Assembly: GCF_022045235.1 (NCBI RefSeq)
Contig: NW_027266275.1
Location: 28,148,001-28,212,000, forward strand
From: Haliotis cracherodii
Taxonomy: Eukaryota
Reading direction: 5' to 3'
Length of the DNA: 64,000 nucleotides
The position numbers and the translations under genes were made by a program. Below, in pieces: positions 60,801 to 64,000 of the stretch. The notes beneath the pieces were generated by a model. That model was not told where the DNA came from, ran no database searches, and saw only the letters and a list, made by a program, of their open reading frames with translations. Positions within the stretch are counted from its first letter, which is position 1. Each line of letters starts with the position of its first letter.

Positions 60801-63443
60801 TTGCTGAGTGTGGCGTTAAACAACAAAGAAAGAAAAGAAACAAAGAACCTCAAACTCTCATCATCCCTAGAGTTAATGACACAGGATTCATATCCAGGAA
60901 AGGGACAGAACATAAAATCACTGTCACAGATATATTAACACTAAAGGCAGGAAATGGAGAATCAAATAGACAGTCCATGCTAATTGCACTGATGCTCCAA
61001 CTGCTTCATGGCAGTTTACTCACCCAGTCTGGTGTGGCAACCCACGCTCCCGGCCCGGCAGTGGACCCTGCTCTCATCATGGGAGCCCGTGTGGGAATCT
61101 CGGCAGTCATGGGAGGCGTCACGTTGGAAGGGCTGGCTGGTGGAGTGGGCTGTATTGAACAGAGAAAGGGTTCTGTAGTTCATCTGGATCAGTCAGCAGG
61201 ATAATTGTTTTACAAGGATTAAAATGGAATCCAGGCTTTTAGGCAACCATGACACATAATCATCTTGGCCCAATGTGGCACAACCAAACTAGATTTAACT
61301 CTGGATAAAAAAGGTACAATGGATCTTCATTTGTTAAAGAATCAATAGCAACATTAACAATTCACAGACCTAGTGCAACCTCGACCAACAGACAGACCTA
61401 CCATAACCTTGGCTAATTGACAGAACTTCCATTATCTTGACCAACAGACAGAGCTGGTGTAACCTTGGCTAATTGACAGAGCAGGTGTAACCTTGGCTAA
61501 TTGACAGAGCTGGTAAGGTTTTTTTCTCTAAACTAAAAGATATTGACCTATCAAGCACCCTAATCATACAGAGATAATATTTGACACAAGTTACTAAGTA
61601 CATTGCTAGACCTACACTGAAAATATGCATGGGACGTAGCACAGTCCCCTTTAACTGACTGAGATTACCGCTGTATGTGTTGAAGCAGATTCCTGCTGTA
61701 TCCTAGAATCACAACCAACGATAACAGTATACATATGTGCTGCACATACCAGACTCTTGGCCTTTTGCAGTTTGGGCTTGTCACTCTCTGCATCTTCTGT
61801 GGCAGAAGCCTCCTCGCCTGGTGCTGAGGTGGGGTCCCCGATCTCGCTGGGAGGCTGCACGTTGTGAGTCCCACTGGACTCGGCCAGCTCCTTCAGTGTT
61901 GGAGCTTTGTGTCCCTCGTCAGGAGCAGCCCTCTCAGTCATCTTGTCCAGACCTAGCAGAAACAGGTCACAAGGCATCAGCATTTGTGTGATCATAACAA
62001 GTGAATACTAGAGAGAAGTAAATCAAATACCTTATTTTCAAAGGTCCCATGCAATGTTTCAACATCCCTCACTTTACCAAGAAAACAAGACAAACATAAC
62101 TTGACCAAATGTCACCTCTGCATATTGTTAATTTCACAAAGAAACTAAATTAGTATGATGTGAGAAAGATTGTTCCCTAGAAGGCATCAAACTGAAGAAA
62201 TACATATTTGCCCCATCAGTTTGAATATGGACAGTTTTAGCAATACTCCAGCAATAGGGGGGGGGGGGGACACCAGGAATGGGCTGAACACATCATACTC
62301 ATGTGGCAGATATATATCAGGCTACCACACTCCTAACCCATGCACAGAATGGAGGCATATCAAGAATACTTACGAGGTAAAGCAGCAAGGCTGGCCTTGA
62401 GTGTGCCAGGTTCTGCTTCGGATGCAGGGATGGCTCCCTCCATCGTCTGTGGGTCTCTCGTGTCTTGAGGCGGAGCGGAGAACTTCTTCCCTCGCTTGGT
62501 AAGAGCTTTGGCAATAGCTGAATGGTCTGTTGGCAGGTTTGCCATTTGATGGAACACATTTCTTTTGCGGATAATTGTGTACACCAAGTTGGAGTTGCCT
62601 GGTAAGAGAGTCAGTGATAGTCAGGGTCATTCTCAACACAGATACAGTAAACAGATAAATGCAAGTTGAGTGCTGCCAGTATATAAGCACTGCTCTCTGA
62701 TCTCCCATATATGGAACTGGATCAGCAGACTTGTGCTTAATTTCAAAGGCTAGTTACTTGTAAACCAGAAACGTTGATGCTGTGATGAAAGTGTATAGCT
62801 GATGACAAAGTAAATGTTAAATGTCCACTTAGCTAAATGCCTACTACTCCTAATGTTAACTTTTGATGATGTCAAACATCGTAAAGTGTTGGAATTGAGA
62901 AATACTATCATAAACCAAATGTCAAATTTTTGGTCTTGTTTTAGCTCAGAGAAACATGTTTAGGTGGCTGTTTACCATCAAACTGATACTGTATGATGTT
63001 GTTGAAGACCTCGAGGAGGAAGAACACAAGATGGTGGTTGGTGGGACTGGCGTACAAGAACCATGGAGTACTGAAAGCCTGCAACAAAGAGGGACATCTC
63101 ATGAGTGAGTGAGTGGGTTTGGGTGAGTGAGTGAGTGAGTGAGTGAGTGAGAGGGTTTGGGTGGGTGGGTGGGTTTTGGTGAGTGAGTGAGTGAGTGAGT
63201 GAGTGAGTGAGTGTTTGGGTGAGTGAGTGAGTGAGAGTTTGGGTGAGTGAGAGTTTGGGTGGGTGAGTGAGTGAGTGAGTGAGTGAGTGAGTGAGTGAGT
63301 GTGATCTTAGACCCCTGGGCAAACTTTCCCCCTTACAATTTTAGTAAGAGATTACAACCATGAGACCAGTGCCGTTCTTACCTCTAGTAAATGCAGCATC
63401 TTGGTACTAGCAACCATAGACAGAGTCTTCAGGTAGGGAGACA
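57831..63443 (-). CDS. HID1: HID1 domain-containing protein (dymeclin family), 3' part. Exons: 63382-63443, 62976-63078, 62374-62598, 61750-61952, 61024-61149, 60390-60481, 58445-58603, 57831-57894
   Basis: SPYLKTLSMVA..LLEAFSTPWFL...NNIIQYQFDGNSNLVY.IIRKR, KLPLQTIMRMLQVLVPQVEKICIDKGLTDESEIL.FLQHGTLVGLLPVPHPILIRKYQAN and the terminal VKLFEIQRV* match recalled HID1. Confidence 0.96.
58445..58603 (-). CDS. HID1: HID1 exon (GLTDESEIL...WGVIYLR)
   Basis: Conserved peptide. Confidence 0.95.
58705..60389. repeat. Minisatellite, about 35-44-bp unit containing (ACTC)n
   Basis: CTGAAACCCCCCAGTGTTCCACTCACTCACTCACT(TTAT/GTGT). Confidence 0.97.
60390..60481 (-). CDS. HID1: HID1 exon (VQSWKQKLPLQTIMRMLQVLVPQVEKICIDK)
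   Basis: Conserved peptide. Confidence 0.95.
60587..60846 (+). mobile_element. Third SINE-like family (GTCGTAAGAGGCGAC hairpin, A-rich tail)
   Basis: Near-identical copies at 48817-49062 and 15330-15550; fragments at about 330-432, 960-1060, 1636-1735 (minus) and 41340-41500. Confidence 0.8.
61024..61149 (-). CDS. HID1: HID1 exon (PTPPAS...WVATPDW)
   Basis: WxxTPxW motif, AG/GTGAGT bounded. Confidence 0.85.
61750..61952 (-). CDS. HID1: HID1 exon (LDKMTE...KAKSL)
   Basis: Phase 1-0, DKxTE motif. Confidence 0.85.
62374..62598 (-). CDS. HID1: HID1 exon (GNSNLVYTIIRKR...EPGTLKASLAALP)
   Basis: Conserved peptide. Confidence 0.93.
62976..63078 (-). CDS. HID1: HID1 exon (AFSTPWFL...IIQYQFD)
   Basis: Conserved peptide. 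Confidence 0.94.
63103..63302. repeat. (GAGT)n microsatellite with interruptions
   Basis: Direct inspection. Confidence 0.95.
63382..63443 (-). CDS. HID1: HID1 exon (SPYLKTLSMVASTKMLHLLE)
   Basis: Conserved peptide, AG/GTAAG bounded. Confidence 0.93.
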
Positions 63444-63633
63444 CTGGCAACACAGACAATACTTTGTCAATACAAACACACAGACATCCAGATGTTACAT
63501 TGCAACCCTGAGCAGATTATCTGCTGAATTTGTATCATATCATATCAAATTGGATTTCAAAATTTTAATTTTGTAGTTTTAAAGGAAAATGCGCACATTG
63601 TATTGACTATCTCAAAAACACAAGAGCAAGAGA

Positions 63634-63922
63634 GGAGGTGAGGTGAAATGGGGTTTAAGGTCACGTCATAGATAATTGCACTAGTATACCAGTCCGGATT
63701 AATGCCAATTTAACCGTGCTAGGCTACAGAGATACTATGTTGCAGTTTAACTTGAATACCCCACTCAGACACACTATGCAGACTCTGAGCTGACCAGTCC
63801 TTGTTTTAGCCTCTCAATGCCGAGCACGAGACATGAAAACAACAAGTACCATCTTTTGGCATGACGCCGGAAGGGATCAAACCCCTGACCTTCCGCTCTA
63901 CCACAAGACCAAGGAGGCCGTC
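63634..63922 (-). mobile_element. V-domain-like SINE copy
   Basis: Similar to 6444-6792; AGCAAGAG flanks. Confidence 0.8.
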
Positions 63923-64000
63923 TAGCAAGAGTGATGAGTGAGTATGGCAATATTCCAGCAATATCCTGGCAGGGGACACCAGAAATGGTCTAGCAAGAGA

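Noticed and set aside
60704-61204. 166-aa plus-strand ORF
   Set aside because: It is a chimera of SINE sequence and the antisense of a HID1 exon.

Overview
Animal genomic DNA with GT-AG introns. The repeat content (V-domain SINEs, (ACTC)n-tailed tRNA SINEs, Helentron-like elements) suggests a mollusc, possibly a gastropod such as abalone; this is inference only. Three intron-rich genes were reconstructed by hand with consistent splice phases. CNOT3 is on the minus strand (ATG at 18825; 18 exons visible; last exon off-window). CEP131/AZI1 is on the plus strand (19 coding exons, 26690-47435, about 1150 aa) and lies head-to-head with CNOT3 across a probable bidirectional promoter. The 3' end of HID1 is on the minus strand (8 exons, stop at 57831). 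Mobile DNA includes a decayed DIRS tyrosine-recombinase retrotransposon with intact ITR/ICR termini (21486-25971), a Penelope-like RT fragment between 98-bp inverted repeats that carry a hammerhead-ribozyme-like motif (44228-44683), an internally deleted DD34D mariner, several MITEs and three SINE families. The most unusual pattern is that intronic minisatellites are built from the splice sites or stop codon they abut. The clearest case is about 50 copies of the CEP131 terminal acceptor, nearly all followed by an in-frame stop. Also notable: a candidate 6-nt microexon, two GC-AG introns, tandem uORFs, and a donor/anti-donor hairpin in CNOT3. Most supplied ORFs are spurious. All identifications come from reading the sequence and recalling homologues; no searches were run.
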